This document shows positions 16,901-26,133 of a stretch of 40,644 nt of DNA, piece after piece. Origin of the DNA: Candidatus Omnitrophota bacterium (GTDB lineage Bacteria > Ratteibacteria > UBA8468 > MWAK01). Numbering within the stretch: position 1 is the stretch's first letter; each line of letters begins with the position of its first letter. The position numbers were made by a program, and so were the translations under genes. The DNA lies in NCBI GenBank assembly GCA_043797665.1, contig JAZDPL010000090.1:1-40644 (forward strand), written 5' to 3'. The notes beneath the pieces were generated by a model. That model searched no databases. It had not been told where the DNA came from and saw nothing but the letters and a program-made list of their open reading frames with translations.

Positions 16901-18462
16901 CGGAGGGAACCCCTCCGGTCGGCAGCACTCCCTATGGATTGTTCAATGTCCGCATTGAAGGGGTGCCGGATGACAGCCAGGTGATTCATCTGACATTTAC
17001 TTTCCCGACCAGCCTGCCGCCGGATACCTTGTGGTACAAGTATGACGACACAAAAACCGACAGCTGGCTGGTTTACGATGATGTGATTATCACCGGAAAT
17101 ACCGTGGTGGTTGAACTGGAAGACGGCGGCAAAGGAGATGCGGACCAGGTCAAAAACGGCATCATCGTAGACCCGTCCGGCCCGGTAGTTCTCCCCAGCG
17201 ACTCCGGCGGTTCGTTGAGTGCAATAAGCGGCGGAGGTGGCTGTTTCATCGCTACCGCGGCCTTCGGTTCCTACCAGGAGCCGCACGTCTGGGTCTTAAG
17301 AATGTTCCGCGACCGGTTCCTTATGACCAGACCGGCCGGCCGGGCGTTCATCCGCTTCTACTACCGGCACAGCCCGGCGATTGCCGACTGGATTTCCGGA
17401 CGGGAATGGGCCCGGACGATGACCAGAACCTGCCTGCTGCCTTTGTACGGACTGGCCTACCTGATGGTTTCGGGAATAGGTTGGGTGCTCCTGGCAATGG
17501 TAGCGGCAATAGTTGGGTTGTTTGTAGGGGCGCGGTTCATCGCGCCCGCGGGTCGGACCCTCCTACGCCAAGGCTTCGGCGGACAGGTAAATCCGACCCC
17601 TACGTTGGTTAGGGTTTTTGTCTTTAGTTTCTTTCTTTTTTCTTCCACCCCGGTTTCCGGCCTGGACGCCAACCGTTTCTCCATGGCGGTGGGTGAAGAT
17701 GCGTTCTTAGTGAACCACTCCGCGGTGACCGTACCCAGGGGAGACGGCCAGTTCGGTCTTTTCTACACTTACGCTTATTGGCCGCTGGAAGGTACGGTTA
17801 GCGGGGTGAAACAAAAGTTGGTCAAGGACAACAACGTGCTGACCTTCAATGCGGCTTACGGTTTCACCGACAAGTTCCAGTTGGGTCTGTCGTTTCCCTA
17901 CCTGGTCAGCCAGGATTCCGAACTGACGGGAGTAAAGGACAACTCAGCCGGAGACCTGAAGATAGAAGGTAAATACCGTTTCTGCGGGGGCAAAGACCAG
18001 ATGGGCTTTGCCATTTTGCCGTTTGTGACGTTCACCACCGGCAACGACGAATTCGTCAACTCGCCGGCTTATTTCGGAGCCAAGTCAGCCACCGGTGGAA
18101 TAGTATTGATTGCCGACCGCAGATGGGATAACCACACACATCTCGTTTTCAACCTGGGCTACCAGTTCCAGAAAAAGGAGGAACTGCCGGACTTTGACAT
18201 TGAAAACACCCTGCTTTTCGGCCTGGGTGCCAGCCGGAAACTGAAAAACGACAAGACCAGATTGACTCTGGAAATCAACGGCCGTGCCGACGGAGACACC
18301 TGGTTTGACAAGGAAGAATCTACCCCAATTGAAGCCATCGGCTCGGTTACCCAGTCAGTATCCAAAAATGTTTCTCTGACTCTGGGCCTGGGTACAGGTC
18401 TGAACGAGGGCTACGGCGCACCAAACTACCGGACGCTCCTGGGCCTGCGCGCCGGGTTCTGA
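13918..18462 (+). CDS. Large surface protein: FG-GAP/VCBS repeats, InlB-B/Flg_new-like repeats, choice-of-anchor-U-like domain, CFI-box-CTERM, C-terminal outer-membrane beta-barrel
   Basis: Signal peptide; 11 x GDFNxDGKxDLAVAN; 3 x [27 protein letters not shown]...[30 protein letters not shown]...LR.FRD..L....YY..SP; beta-rich C-terminus ending LRAGF. The start may be at 13930 or 13960. Confidence 0.8.
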   Translation: MEVEMALKIVVVTNMILKRLTGFLGCLVLAILLVIGFSHSIPANGSVSFATATNYSVGNYPVSVTTGDFNRDGKTDLAVANYNSDNVSILLGVGDGTFGAATNYNAGSSPYSVTAGDFNGDGKDDLAVVNSGSDNVSILSGAGDGTFGAATNYSAGTSPLSVTAGDFNGDGKDDLAVANYFGANVSILLGAGDGTFEAATNYNAGSGPGSVTAGDFNGDGKPDLAVANSDSANVSILINTTTFAASGTFGGAVNYNVGTYPLSVTTEDFNRDGKTDLAVANFDSDNVSILSGVGDGTFEAATNYSVGSVPVSVTAGDFNRDGKTDLAVANYFGANVSILLGAGDGTFGAATNYSVGDGPVSVTTGDFNRDGKTDLAVANSESDNVSILSGVGDGTFGAATNYSVGSVPVSVTAGDFNRDGKTDLAVANFNSANVSILSGVGDGTFGAATNYNVGTSPFSVTAGDFNRDGKTDLAVANVDSANVSILSGVGDGTFGAATNYSVGTSPASVTAGDFNRDGKTDLAVANSGSANVSILSGVGDGTFEAATNYSVGTSPYSVTAGDFNRDGKTDLAVANAESANVSILLNKVFVITASAGSNGSIAPSGAVSVNYGASQTFTITPDTGYQVADVLVDSVSQGAVTSYTFTNVTANHTISASFAINTYTITASAGSNGSIAPSGAVSVNYGASQAFTITPATGYQVADVLVDSVSQGAVTSYTFTTVTANHTISASFAINTYTITASAGSNGSIAPSGAVSVNYGGSQAFTVTPATGYQVADVLVDGSSVGAVTSYTFTNVTANHTISANFAVNTDTNQPPTKPDASQTILRYFPSLSEVNYDQVNLDFPIQITGQAFTDNDSSDTHLASQFRVFCGTDVVFADTVTNNTLTQTVMSSIILQPGKTHGVQIRYQDNHLDWSEWSDNRNFIVVAKSGTRDADNDGVADDSEATDTMLAEYGLSEYAGLDTAKVILDAVQSLPVLVEITGADSIAYLLAVNPEGTPPVGSTPYGLFNVRIEGVPDDSQVIHLTFTFPTSLPPDTLWYKYDDTKTDSWLVYDDVIITGNTVVVELEDGGKGDADQVKNGIIVDPSGPVVLPSDSGGSLSAISGGGGCFIATAAFGSYQEPHVWVLRMFRDRFLMTRPAGRAFIRFYYRHSPAIADWISGREWARTMTRTCLLPLYGLAYLMVSGIGWVLLAMVAAIVGLFVGARFIAPAGRTLLRQGFGGQVNPTPTLVRVFVFSFFLFSSTPVSGLDANRFSMAVGEDAFLVNHSAVTVPRGDGQFGLFYTYAYWPLEGTVSGVKQKLVKDNNVLTFNAAYGFTDKFQLGLSFPYLVSQDSELTGVKDNSAGDLKIEGKYRFCGGKDQMGFAILPFVTFTTGNDEFVNSPAYFGAKSATGGIVLIADRRWDNHTHLVFNLGYQFQKKEELPDFDIENTLLFGLGASRKLKNDKTRLTLEINGRADGDTWFDKEESTPIEAIGSVTQSVSKNVSLTLGLGTGLNEGYGAPNYRTLLGLRAGF
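14062..15675 (+). repeat. Intragenic tandem FG-GAP repeats, 11 units of ~147 bp (4+7)
   Basis: Near-identical DNA units TCAGTAACCGCAGGAGATTTTAAC..GACGGCAAG..GACCTTGCCGT.GCAAAT. Confidence 0.9.
15688..16347 (+). repeat. Three tandem 222-bp (74 aa) InlB-B/Flg_new-like repeats
   Basis: ATAACCGCCTC.GCCGGCAGTAATGGAAGCATCGCTCC recurs at 15688, 15910 and 16132. Confidence 0.9.
17524..17603. repeat. GTAG REP doublet inside the coding sequence, with nested 30-bp mini-hairpin (17558-17587)
   Basis: GTAGGGGCGCGGTTCATCGCGCCC-GC-GGGTCGGA[CCCTCCTACGCCAAGGCTTCGGCGGACAGG]TAAATCCGACCCCTAC; read as [27 protein letters not shown]. Confidence 0.85.
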
Positions 18463-18512
18463 AAAACAGCAAAGGATATTATGGGTATTGTTGGTAATCC
18501 GATAAAAAATTT

Positions 18513-19565
18513 ATGGCAAAAGAGAGAGTAAGAGTAGTAGACTTAACTAAACCGGAGACCTTGTCGGAAGACACCAAATACGACATCGCTCTTCGGCCGG
18601 GCAATTTTGGTGACTTTATCGGCCAGGGCAAGATTAAAGAGAACCTTAAAGTCTTTATTGAAGCGGCTAAAGAGCGGAATGACCCTTTAGACCACACCCT
18701 CTTTTTTGGTCCGCCGGGTTTAGGAAAGACCACCATGGCGCATATCATCGCCAACGAGATGGGTGTAAAGATTAAGGCTACCTCCGGCCCGGCGATAGAA
18801 CGGCCCGGTGACCTGGCCGGTTTACTTACGAACTTAGAGCGGGCTGACGTCCTCTTTATTGACGAGATTCACCGGCTCAGCCGGGTGGTGGAAGAGTACC
18901 TCTATGGTGCGATGGAAGACTTCCATATTGACATTATGACCGGCGATGGTCCCCGGGCGAACGCCATCCGTCTCAACCTGAAGCCTTTTACCCTGTTAGG
19001 TGCCACCACCCGTTCCGGTCTTTTAACCGCTCCATTTCGTTCCCGGTTTGGTATCACCCTTCGTCTGGACTATTATCCGGCCGAGGAACTGTCCGCCATC
19101 GTAAAACGTTCCGCAAAGATTATGGGCGTTACGGTTGAGGAAGGCGCCGCAGAAGAGATTGCCCGGCGCAGCCGGGGTACGCCCAGGATAGCCAACCGGC
19201 TCTTACGCCGGGTTCGCGACTTCGCTCAGGTATCCAAAGCAAGAATTATTCAGCGCGACCTGACTATTTCTGCTCTTAACCGCCTGGATGTTGACCGTTT
19301 CGGTTTGGACGAAATGGACAAACGTATCCTGGAGGTGATTATCCATAAATTTTCCGGCGGTCCGGTGGGCTTAAAAACTCTTTCCGTGGCGGTAAGCGAA
19401 GAGACGGACACCCTGGAAGAGATTTACGAGCCATTTTTAGTCAGAGAGGGGTACTTAGAGCGTACATCCAAGGGCCGCCGGGTCACGGTGCGTGCTTACC
19501 AGCACCTTGACCTTCCGGTACCGGCCTCTCGTCGTTCTGATTCACCTTCTCTTTTTATTTCCTGA
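18513..19565 (+). CDS. ruvB: Holliday junction branch migration helicase RuvB
   Basis: LRP..F.DFIGQ, GPPGLGKTT, TSGPAIE, LFIDEIHRL, GATTRSG, SRGTPRIANRLLRRVRD. Confidence 0.97.
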   Translation: MAKERVRVVDLTKPETLSEDTKYDIALRPGNFGDFIGQGKIKENLKVFIEAAKERNDPLDHTLFFGPPGLGKTTMAHIIANEMGVKIKATSGPAIERPGDLAGLLTNLERADVLFIDEIHRLSRVVEEYLYGAMEDFHIDIMTGDGPRANAIRLNLKPFTLLGATTRSGLLTAPFRSRFGITLRLDYYPAEELSAIVKRSAKIMGVTVEEGAAEEIARRSRGTPRIANRLLRRVRDFAQVSKARIIQRDLTISALNRLDVDRFGLDEMDKRILEVIIHKFSGGPVGLKTLSVAVSEETDTLEEIYEPFLVREGYLERTSKGRRVTVRAYQHLDLPVPASRRSDSPSLFIS

Positions 19566-19590
19566 AAAGTCAATTATTTGTGAAAAAATT

Positions 19591-19648
19591 GTAGGGGTTC
19601 AATTTATTGAACCCGAAAAATATCGGGCTTGATAAATCAAGCCCCTAC
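19591..19648. repeat. GTAG REP doublet
   Basis: GTAGGGGTTCAATTTATTGAACCC ... GGGCTTGATAAATCAAGCCCCTAC. Confidence 0.9.
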
Positions 19649-19662
19649 AGTTTAAGGCGAGG

Positions 19663-20388
19663 GTGCGAATTATGTTGTCGGCCGATAATTTACGCAAACA
19701 GTATCACGGCAAACCGGCGGTAGACAATATCTCCCTTAAGGTAGAACCGGGTGAGATTGTTGGCCTTCTGGGTCCCAACGGCGCTGGCAAAACGACCACC
19801 TTTTACATCCTGGTCGGATGGCTCCCTCCGGATGAGGGAAAAGTATATCTGAACGGTCAGGAGATAACCAGCCTGCCGATGTACCGCCGGGCAAGGTTGG
19901 GTTTGGGATACCTGCCCCAGGAACCCTCGGTCTTTCGCAAGATGTCCGTGGCCGATAACCTGACCGCAGTCCTTCAATTCCAACCAATATCCAAAGAGGA
20001 ACAGGATGTTCGCCGGGACCAGGCGTTGGAAAAGATTGGACTTACCGCTCTTGCGGCCAGGACTGCGGAGACCCTTTCCGGAGGCGAACGCCGGAAGGTG
20101 GAGATTGCCCGGAGCCTTGTGCTCAACCCCTCTTTTCTTCTTCTGGACGAACCCTTCAGCGGGATTGACCCGATTACCATTGAAGACCTGCGCGGTACCA
20201 TCCGCCGGTTGGCTGATGATGGTATCGGTATTTTAATCACCGACCATAACGTTCGCGAGACCCTGGCCATCACGAACCGTTCCTACCTTATCTTTCAGGG
20301 CAGGACCCTGATTTCCGGTTCCAGCCGGGAACTGGTCGAACATCCGGAAGCCCGGCGCTTCTACTTAGGCCAATCCTTTACCCTGTAA
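19663..20388 (+). CDS. lptB: LPS export ABC transporter ATPase LptB
   Basis: GLLGPNGAGKTT, GYLPQEPSVFRK, LSGGERR.VEIAR, LLDEPFSGIDP, ITDHNVRETL, YLG..F.L. The start may be at 19672. Confidence 0.92.
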   Translation: MRIMLSADNLRKQYHGKPAVDNISLKVEPGEIVGLLGPNGAGKTTTFYILVGWLPPDEGKVYLNGQEITSLPMYRRARLGLGYLPQEPSVFRKMSVADNLTAVLQFQPISKEEQDVRRDQALEKIGLTALAARTAETLSGGERRKVEIARSLVLNPSFLLLDEPFSGIDPITIEDLRGTIRRLADDGIGILITDHNVRETLAITNRSYLIFQGRTLISGSSRELVEHPEARRFYLGQSFTL

Positions 20389-20403
20389 TTATCGGGAAAA
20401 ACT

Positions 20404-21090
20404 ATGCATGTTGCGATTATAATGGATGGGAATGGCCGGTGGGCTAAAAAACGGGGTTTGCCCCGTATCTTTGGTCATAAAGCGGGCGCTGACCGCATCG
20501 ATGAAATTGTCCGCGCCTGTCCGGACTTAGGTGTAAAAAGCCTTACCCTTTTTGCCTTTTCAACCGAAAACTGGAAGAGGCCGCGCCCAGAAGTGAAATT
20601 CCTGATGGAACTTATGGCGGAGAAGATTAAATCTAAGATACCCCAGATGCAAAGAGAGGGGGTGCGCATCCGATTTTTAGGTGACCGCTCTGTCTTCTCT
20701 AAAAAGATGCAGAACCTGATGACCGAGAGCGAAGCAGAAACCGCAAAAGGTCAAAAAGTTAATCTTTCTCTCGGTCTCAATTACGGAAGTCAGAATGAGA
20801 TTGTCCGGGCGGTGCGGAATGTCTGCCAGGACGTTCACGAAGGTAAATTGCAAATGTCCGAAATTACCGAAGACCTCTTTGCGCGTTATCTGGATACCCG
20901 GGAACAGCCTCCTCCGGATCTGATTATCCGGACCAGCGGAGAACAGAGGATTTCCAATTTCTTACTCTACCAATCCGCCTACGCGGAATTCTACTTTACC
21001 CAAACCTTCTGGCCCGATTTCAATGCCGAAGAATTTGCGAAGACGCTGGAAGATTTTAAGCAGCGCCAGCGCCGTTTCGGCAAATTATAG
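20404..21090 (+). CDS. uppS: Undecaprenyl diphosphate synthase
   Basis: HVAIIMDGNGRWA, FAFSTENWKRP, DLIIRTSGEQRISNFLL, RRFG. Confidence 0.96.
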   Translation: MHVAIIMDGNGRWAKKRGLPRIFGHKAGADRIDEIVRACPDLGVKSLTLFAFSTENWKRPRPEVKFLMELMAEKIKSKIPQMQREGVRIRFLGDRSVFSKKMQNLMTESEAETAKGQKVNLSLGLNYGSQNEIVRAVRNVCQDVHEGKLQMSEITEDLFARYLDTREQPPPDLIIRTSGEQRISNFLLYQSAYAEFYFTQTFWPDFNAEEFAKTLEDFKQRQRRFGKL

Positions 21091-21095
21091 GAAAA

Positions 21096-21168
21096 TGTCA
21101 TTCCCGCACGTATTAAGCGGGAATCCACTATTTTTCTTTATGTCATTCTGAGCGAGAGCGAAGAATCT
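21096..21168 (+). repeat. Two tandem TGTCA-type REPs (CCCGC and TCTGAG subfamilies)
   Basis: TGTCATTCCCGCACGTATTAAGCGGGAATCCA (21096-21127) and TGTCATTCTGAGCGAGAGCGAAGAATCT (21141-21168). Confidence 0.85.
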
Positions 21169-21172
21169 CTTT

Positions 21173-22324
21173 ATGAAGCGCATCGTTATCTTCGGCTCCA
21201 CCGGTTCCATCGGCTGTAACACCCTTTCGGTGGTCCGCAGGTTCCCGGAAGAGTTCCGGGTCGTTGGTTTCTCCGCCCATCAACAGGTGGGTTTACTGAA
21301 GAAGCAGGTGGCGGAATTTGAGCCGGAGGTAGTGGTTTTAACCGATAAAAATCCCGGAGGTTTCGGTAGAACAAAGGTTCTTTCCGGTCCGGATGGATTG
21401 AAAAAATTGGCTTTCTGGCCCCGGTCTGACCTGGTGGTTATGGCGATTCCCGGCTCGGGATCTTTAATGCCGGCTTCGTGGGCTCTGGAGGCAGGCAGAA
21501 ATTTAGCGCTGGCAAGCAAAGAAGCCTTAGTGATGGCCGGAGAACTCCTGATTGCCAGGGCAAAAAAGGCCGGCGTAAGAATTATTCCGCTGGATAGCGA
21601 GCACAACGCCATCTTCCAGATTTTATCCGCTTATCCGGGCCGTCCGGTCAAAAAAGTCTTTCTGACCGCCAGCGGCGGGCCGTTTTTGAACCAAAAAAAG
21701 AAGAAGGTGAGTATCAAAGAAGCGCTGGAACACCCGGTCTGGAAAATGGGCCGGAAAGTAACGATTGACAGCGCCACCATGGTAAACAAAGCCCTGGAGA
21801 TAATTGAAGCGCACCACCTCTTTGGCTTGCCTCCGGAAAAGATTGGGGTCTTAATCCACCCGGAGGTACTGGTACACGGCCTGGTAGAATTTGAAGATGG
21901 ATTTATAACCGCCAACCTTTCGGTCCCGGACATGAAGATGCCCATCGCCGCCGGGCTTTTCTGGCCCGAAGACCCGCCGGACACCCCGGTCGCCCGTGCT
22001 ATTTCCCTGTCCGATTTAAGCCGGCTTACCTTCCGGGCGCCGTCCCCACGCCAATTCCCTGCTCTGGGTTTAGCCTATGATGTCTTAAAAAAAGGCGGGA
22101 GTTACCCGGCCGCCTTTTCGGTCGCCAACGAAGAGGCGGTCAATGCCTTCCTGACCGGCAAGATTGGTTTTGAAGCGATTCTTTCTCTCGTCAGGACGGT
22201 AGTGAAAGAGCACCGGCCCATCTTTCGGCCAGACATGTCCGATATCCTTGCGGTGGCTGAAGATACCCGGACAATCACCCGTTCTTTAATCAAGGAATAT
22301 TTTAGAAAGGTAAGTCCTCAGTGA
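21173..22324 (+). CDS. dxr: 1-deoxy-D-xylulose-5-phosphate reductoisomerase
   Basis: GSTGSIG, ALASKEAL, PLDSEHNAIFQ, LTASGGPF, HP.WKMG.KVTIDSAT, ANEEAV. Confidence 0.96.
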   Translation: MKRIVIFGSTGSIGCNTLSVVRRFPEEFRVVGFSAHQQVGLLKKQVAEFEPEVVVLTDKNPGGFGRTKVLSGPDGLKKLAFWPRSDLVVMAIPGSGSLMPASWALEAGRNLALASKEALVMAGELLIARAKKAGVRIIPLDSEHNAIFQILSAYPGRPVKKVFLTASGGPFLNQKKKKVSIKEALEHPVWKMGRKVTIDSATMVNKALEIIEAHHLFGLPPEKIGVLIHPEVLVHGLVEFEDGFITANLSVPDMKMPIAAGLFWPEDPPDTPVARAISLSDLSRLTFRAPSPRQFPALGLAYDVLKKGGSYPAAFSVANEEAVNAFLTGKIGFEAILSLVRTVVKEHRPIFRPDMSDILAVAEDTRTITRSLIKEYFRKVSPQ

Positions 22325-22456
22325 AGTACGTGTCACCCTGACCCTCGAGCGAAGCGAAGGGGAAGGGTCTCGCTTTTAACAACGGGATTCTTCCCCTTCG
22401 CTTTGCTCAAGGGTCAGAATGACAGAAGAAGAACACGGTGTGAACTGAATATTTCC
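22309..22456. repeat. Composite element: outer shell enclosing a TGTCA-type REP doublet (22331-22424); supplies the dxr stop codon
   Basis: GGTAAGTCCTCAGTGAAGTACG-[TGTCACCCTGA...TCAGAATGACA]-..CACGGTGTGAACTGAATATTTCC. Confidence 0.75.
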
Positions 22457-22469
22457 GATTATTTAATTT

Positions 22470-23123
22470 ATGAGTGAAAAGGTGAAGCGGTATATCTGGT
22501 TTGTTCTTTTTGGAATAAGTTTAGGGTATTTAGAAGCCGCGGTGGTCGTTTATCTTCGGGGACTTTGTTATCCCGATGGATTCTACTTTCCGCTCCGGAT
22601 GCCGCCGCTCAAGATTTTTTTCACCGAAGTGGGCCGGGAATTGTCAACGATAATAATCCTGTTAGGAACAAGTTATTGTGTTGGTTCAGGAATAACCCGG
22701 GTGGCATATTTTCTGCTTCTCTTTGGCCTCTGGGACATCTGCTATTATTTCTGGCTTTACATTCTTTTGAAATGGCCCCCCTCTTTTTTTACCTGGGACA
22801 TCCTCTTCTTTATTCCGATAACCTGGGCCGCTCCGGTAATCGCTCCCATAATCGTCTCTATTCTTTTTATTCTGTACGGTATTCTTCTTTTCTCTCTGGA
22901 TAGTAAAAAGAGAAAAGTAGCGGTTTCTCTCCGGGAAAAAGTAGTTGGTTTAACCGGCCTGCTCCTGGTTTTTCTTTCTTTTACCATCGATGCCTTTTTA
23001 GAGCCAACCTGCTATCTTTCCCGAATACCGGTATCTTTCCATTGGGGTATATTCATTTCGGGAATAATAATTTCTGCGGTTGTGGGGGGAAGGGTGATAA
23101 AAAAAAGCACCCGTAGAATTTAG
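22470..23123 (+). CDS. Uncharacterised multi-pass membrane protein
   Basis: About six hydrophobic segments; conserved-looking YLEAAVVVYLR, E..RE.STI and WDI.YY...WDILF.IP..W..PV.AP motifs. Confidence 0.7.
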   Translation: MSEKVKRYIWFVLFGISLGYLEAAVVVYLRGLCYPDGFYFPLRMPPLKIFFTEVGRELSTIIILLGTSYCVGSGITRVAYFLLLFGLWDICYYFWLYILLKWPPSFFTWDILFFIPITWAAPVIAPIIVSILFILYGILLFSLDSKKRKVAVSLREKVVGLTGLLLVFLSFTIDAFLEPTCYLSRIPVSFHWGIFISGIIISAVVGGRVIKKSTRRI

Positions 23124-23169
23124 TAAAGAATCGGCTTTTATGATAAAATACCGAAATGCAATTAAAACT

Positions 23170-23219
23170 GTAGGGGTCGGATTCATCCGACCCGCGGGTT
23201 CGATAAATCGAACCCCTAC
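23170..23219. repeat. GTAG REP doublet
   Basis: GTAGGGGTCGGATTCATCCGACCC-GC-GGGTTCGATAAATCGAACCCCTAC. Confidence 0.9.
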
Positions 23220-23252
23220 AGATGCCGCGCCTTGTAGGCGGGGTAATTCACT

Positions 23253-24314
23253 ATGGTAATCAACATCTTAGCGATTCTCTTTGTTTTCGGAGTCCTTATC
23301 CTGACTCACGAATGGGGCCATTTCTGGACCGCCCGAAAGGTTGGTGTCCGGGTGGAGATGTTTACCTTTGGGTTTGGACCGAAGATTTTCGGGTTTAAAC
23401 GTGGGGATACCCTGTATCAGGTAGCGCTGATTCCCTTTGGCGGTGCGGTCAAATTAGCCGGTGAAGAGGTTAGCGACAAGGAAGAGGCAAAGCCCGACGA
23501 ATACTTTGCGAAACCGGCCGGCAAGCGTGCCTTAATTCTGGTAATGGGTTCGGTCCACAATTTCCTGGCCGGTTTTTTAGTTTTCGTTCTGGTATTTATG
23601 TTAGGTGTTCAGACGGTCAATTACCGTCAGTCTCTCGTCGGTGACCTGGAAAAGGGGTTCCCCGCTGAGAGGGCCGGGCTGCAAAAAGGGGATTTAATCA
23701 TCAGTGTGGCTGGTAAAGGGGTGAACGACTGGACCTCCCTTTCCCAGGAGATTCATTCCCGCCCGGGCCAGAACGTTGTTATTAAGGTACGCCGGGGTAA
23801 CCAGACCTTAACCTTCAATATAACACCCAAACCGGAAAAAATTAAGAGCGCCGAGGGGGAAAAGACAATCGGTTTAATCGGTATAATACCTTCCGCCATA
23901 AACGAAAAATATACCCTCCTGCCGGCTTTTGTCCGGGCGGGAAAAGAGACCGTCAAAGTCACCAGCCTTATCTTTTATTACTTAGGTAAACTCTTCACCC
24001 GGCAGGTTTCCAGCCGGGAACTGGCCGGTCCGGTCGGCATTGCCCGGATGACCACCCAGTTTGCAAAGTTAGGCTGGAGTAATTTTCTCTATTTCCTGGC
24101 ATTGCTCAGCGTAAATTTAGGGGTTGCCAACCTCTTGCCCTTTCCGATATTTGACGGCGGTCACATCGTGGGCGTGGCGATTGAACGCCTGGCCGGTCGT
24201 AAACCCAACAAAAAATTTTTAGAAGTGGGTCAGACGGTCGGTTTCGGCTTAATTATCCTCCTGGCGCTCTTCGTAACCTACAACGACCTCCTCCGCATCA
24301 TCCTCCATAAATGA
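23253..24314 (+). CDS. rseP: RIP metalloprotease RseP
   Basis: HEWGHF zinc motif, FTFGFGP, IPFGGAV, PDZ domain, GPVGI, NLLPFPIFDGG. Confidence 0.95.
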   Translation: MVINILAILFVFGVLILTHEWGHFWTARKVGVRVEMFTFGFGPKIFGFKRGDTLYQVALIPFGGAVKLAGEEVSDKEEAKPDEYFAKPAGKRALILVMGSVHNFLAGFLVFVLVFMLGVQTVNYRQSLVGDLEKGFPAERAGLQKGDLIISVAGKGVNDWTSLSQEIHSRPGQNVVIKVRRGNQTLTFNITPKPEKIKSAEGEKTIGLIGIIPSAINEKYTLLPAFVRAGKETVKVTSLIFYYLGKLFTRQVSSRELAGPVGIARMTTQFAKLGWSNFLYFLALLSVNLGVANLLPFPIFDGGHIVGVAIERLAGRKPNKKFLEVGQTVGFGLIILLALFVTYNDLLRIILHK

Positions 24315-24324
24315 ATAATTCCTT

Positions 24325-24536
24325 TGTCATTCCCGCATGCGTCCCCTCTGTCATTCCCGCATGCTGTAAGCGGGAATCCAGGGGGTAGCCGCAGGCTTCA
24401 GCCGGCGGGTTTACCCTGCGCAACCCAAAATGTAGTGCGACCCCTGAAACAAGTTCAGGGCAGGCTCTTTTAGGATTGCTATAGCGAGGCTAAAAGCCCC
24501 CTATCCAATCCTATGGAAAGGGCACCCGTGCACTAC
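24325..24536. repeat. Mixed REP cluster (TGTCA partial+full pair, GTAGCCGC-type REP, GTAGTGCG-type doublet with two nested mini-hairpins)
   Basis: 24325-24380 has the same architecture as the reverse complement of 27345-27400. GTAGCCGCAGGCTTCAGCC starts at 24385. GTAGTGCGAC...GCACTAC (24432-24536) carries inserts at 24442-24464 and 24499-24528. Confidence 0.75.
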
Positions 24537-24559
24537 ATCAAATTTTTAATGCCCCTAAT

Positions 24560-24579
24560 CCCTGTGCGGAAGCACAGGG
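24560..24579. repeat. Perfect hairpin CCCTGTGC-GGAA-GCACAGGG
   Basis: 8-bp stem with GNRA-type loop; similar copy at 40530-40549. Confidence 0.55.
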
Positions 24580-24595
24580 TAATTTACCGTAAAAG

Positions 24596-24624
24596 TTGAC
24601 CAAATGCCGAAAATTGCATATACT
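24596..24624 (+). promoter_or_regulatory. Putative sigma-70 promoter of the defence island
   Basis: TTGACC, 17-nt spacer, TATACT; GGAGGT RBS before 24716. Confidence 0.55.
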
Positions 24625-24715
24625 AAATATTAAGGAATTTTCAGGAATAGTGGGTATTTCCCTACGGAAGATTGAGGTAAATATCATCAAGTTCAAGCAT
24701 TGGAGGTGACCGATT

Positions 24716-25900
24716 ATGAAAATCGAATCCATCAGATTGAAGAATTTCAAAGCATTCAAAGACATCGAAATGCGCGAAATTCCTGGTATGTGTATTGTTG
24801 TCGGCGCAAATGGATCGGGAAAGTCCACGCTGTTCAGCGTGTTCGGATTTCTCAAGGACGCCCTGACGGATAATGTGCACGTGGCATTGACCAAACTGGG
24901 CGGCAGCCGCGGATTCCAAGAGGTGCGCAGCCGAAATGCTGACGGCCCCATTGAGATCGAGATGAAGTTCCGGGAGAATCCGTCCTCGCCGCTGATTACT
25001 TATTTCTTAGCTATATCTGAAACGAACGGGAGGCCTTGCGTTGAGCGCGAGATTCTAAAGTACCGGCGTGGCAGTAAAGGAAAGTCTTGGCATTTTTTGG
25101 ATTTTAAAAACGGCAAGGGAATCGCCGTCATGAACGAGCCGGACGAGGTTACAGATCAGACACAGTTGCGACGCGAGGAGCAAGCACTCAAGTCTGCCGA
25201 TATCCTTGCAGTGAAAGGATTGGCTCAATTTGAGCAATTTCCCGCGACCAAGGCGTTGGGCAATTTAATTGAAAACTGGCACATTTCCGACTTTCATATT
25301 CAGCGCGCCAGACCCGAACAGGAATCCGGGTACGCTGAACATCTGTCCAAGGAAGGCGAAAACCTCTCCCTGGTGACGGAATATCTGTACGATCAGCATC
25401 GCGACACATTCAACCGTATCATCGAAAAAATGAAACATCGCGTCCCGGGTATCACACATATAGAAGCGAAAACAACGGAAGAGGGACGAGTACTTCTCCG
25501 GTTCCAGGATGGGGCTTTTGAGGATCCGTTTCTTGCCCGGCATGTCTCTGACGGAACTATCAAGATGTTTGCCTATTTGGTGCTTCTATACGATCCGAAA
25601 CCCCATCCGCTCCTTTGCGTCGAGGAGCCGGAGAACCAGCTTTATCCCCAGTTGCTGGCCGAGTTGGCTGAGGAGTTTCGCGATTATGCCATGCGGGGGG
25701 GGCAAGTTTTCATCTCAACTCATTCGCCTGATTTTCTGAATGCCGCCCAAATGGACGAGGTGTTCTGGTTGGTAAAGGAAAAGGGCTACGCGACGATCCG
25801 CCGGGCCCGGGACGACGAACAGGTTAAAACATACATGCAGGAGGGAGACCAGATGGGTTACCTATGGAAGCAGGGCTTCTTCGGAGGGGCTCATCCGTAA
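24716..25900 (+). CDS. ABC-type (AAA_21-like) ATPase of an ATPase + DUF4276 pair
   Basis: IRLKNFKAF, Walker A GANGSGKST, signature VSDGT, Walker B CVEEPEN, STHS; followed by a DUF4276-like partner. Confidence 0.85.
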   Translation: MKIESIRLKNFKAFKDIEMREIPGMCIVVGANGSGKSTLFSVFGFLKDALTDNVHVALTKLGGSRGFQEVRSRNADGPIEIEMKFRENPSSPLITYFLAISETNGRPCVEREILKYRRGSKGKSWHFLDFKNGKGIAVMNEPDEVTDQTQLRREEQALKSADILAVKGLAQFEQFPATKALGNLIENWHISDFHIQRARPEQESGYAEHLSKEGENLSLVTEYLYDQHRDTFNRIIEKMKHRVPGITHIEAKTTEEGRVLLRFQDGAFEDPFLARHVSDGTIKMFAYLVLLYDPKPHPLLCVEEPENQLYPQLLAELAEEFRDYAMRGGQVFISTHSPDFLNAAQMDEVFWLVKEKGYATIRRARDDEQVKTYMQEGDQMGYLWKQGFFGGAHP

Positions 25901-26119
25901 TGAGCGAACTCGTCTTTTTTCTGGAAGAACGTTCAGCGGAGGCGCTTTTACGGCCGATTATTTCGAGAATCCTATTTCCTTCGCCTTCGCCGCTTTGCCC
26001 CGTCCTATCAGAAGATTGGCGGATCGCGGTTGATCGGGCCGCACTTGGATATCGACAATGGTCGTTCCACGAGTTTTCGACATTTCGTGAATGGCATCCG
26101 CAGATTGATGGCGGTATAG
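25900..26119 (+). pseudogene. DUF4276-like gene with internal deletion and frameshift
   Basis: N-terminus MSELVFFLEERSAEALL (ATG overlaps the ATPase stop). After ~25980 another frame reads LRRFAPSYQKIGGSRLIGPHLDIDNGRSTSFRHFVNGIRRLMAV*, matching the DUF4276-type C-terminus. Confidence 0.65.
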
Positions 26120-26133
26120 ATAAAGGGAAGCGT

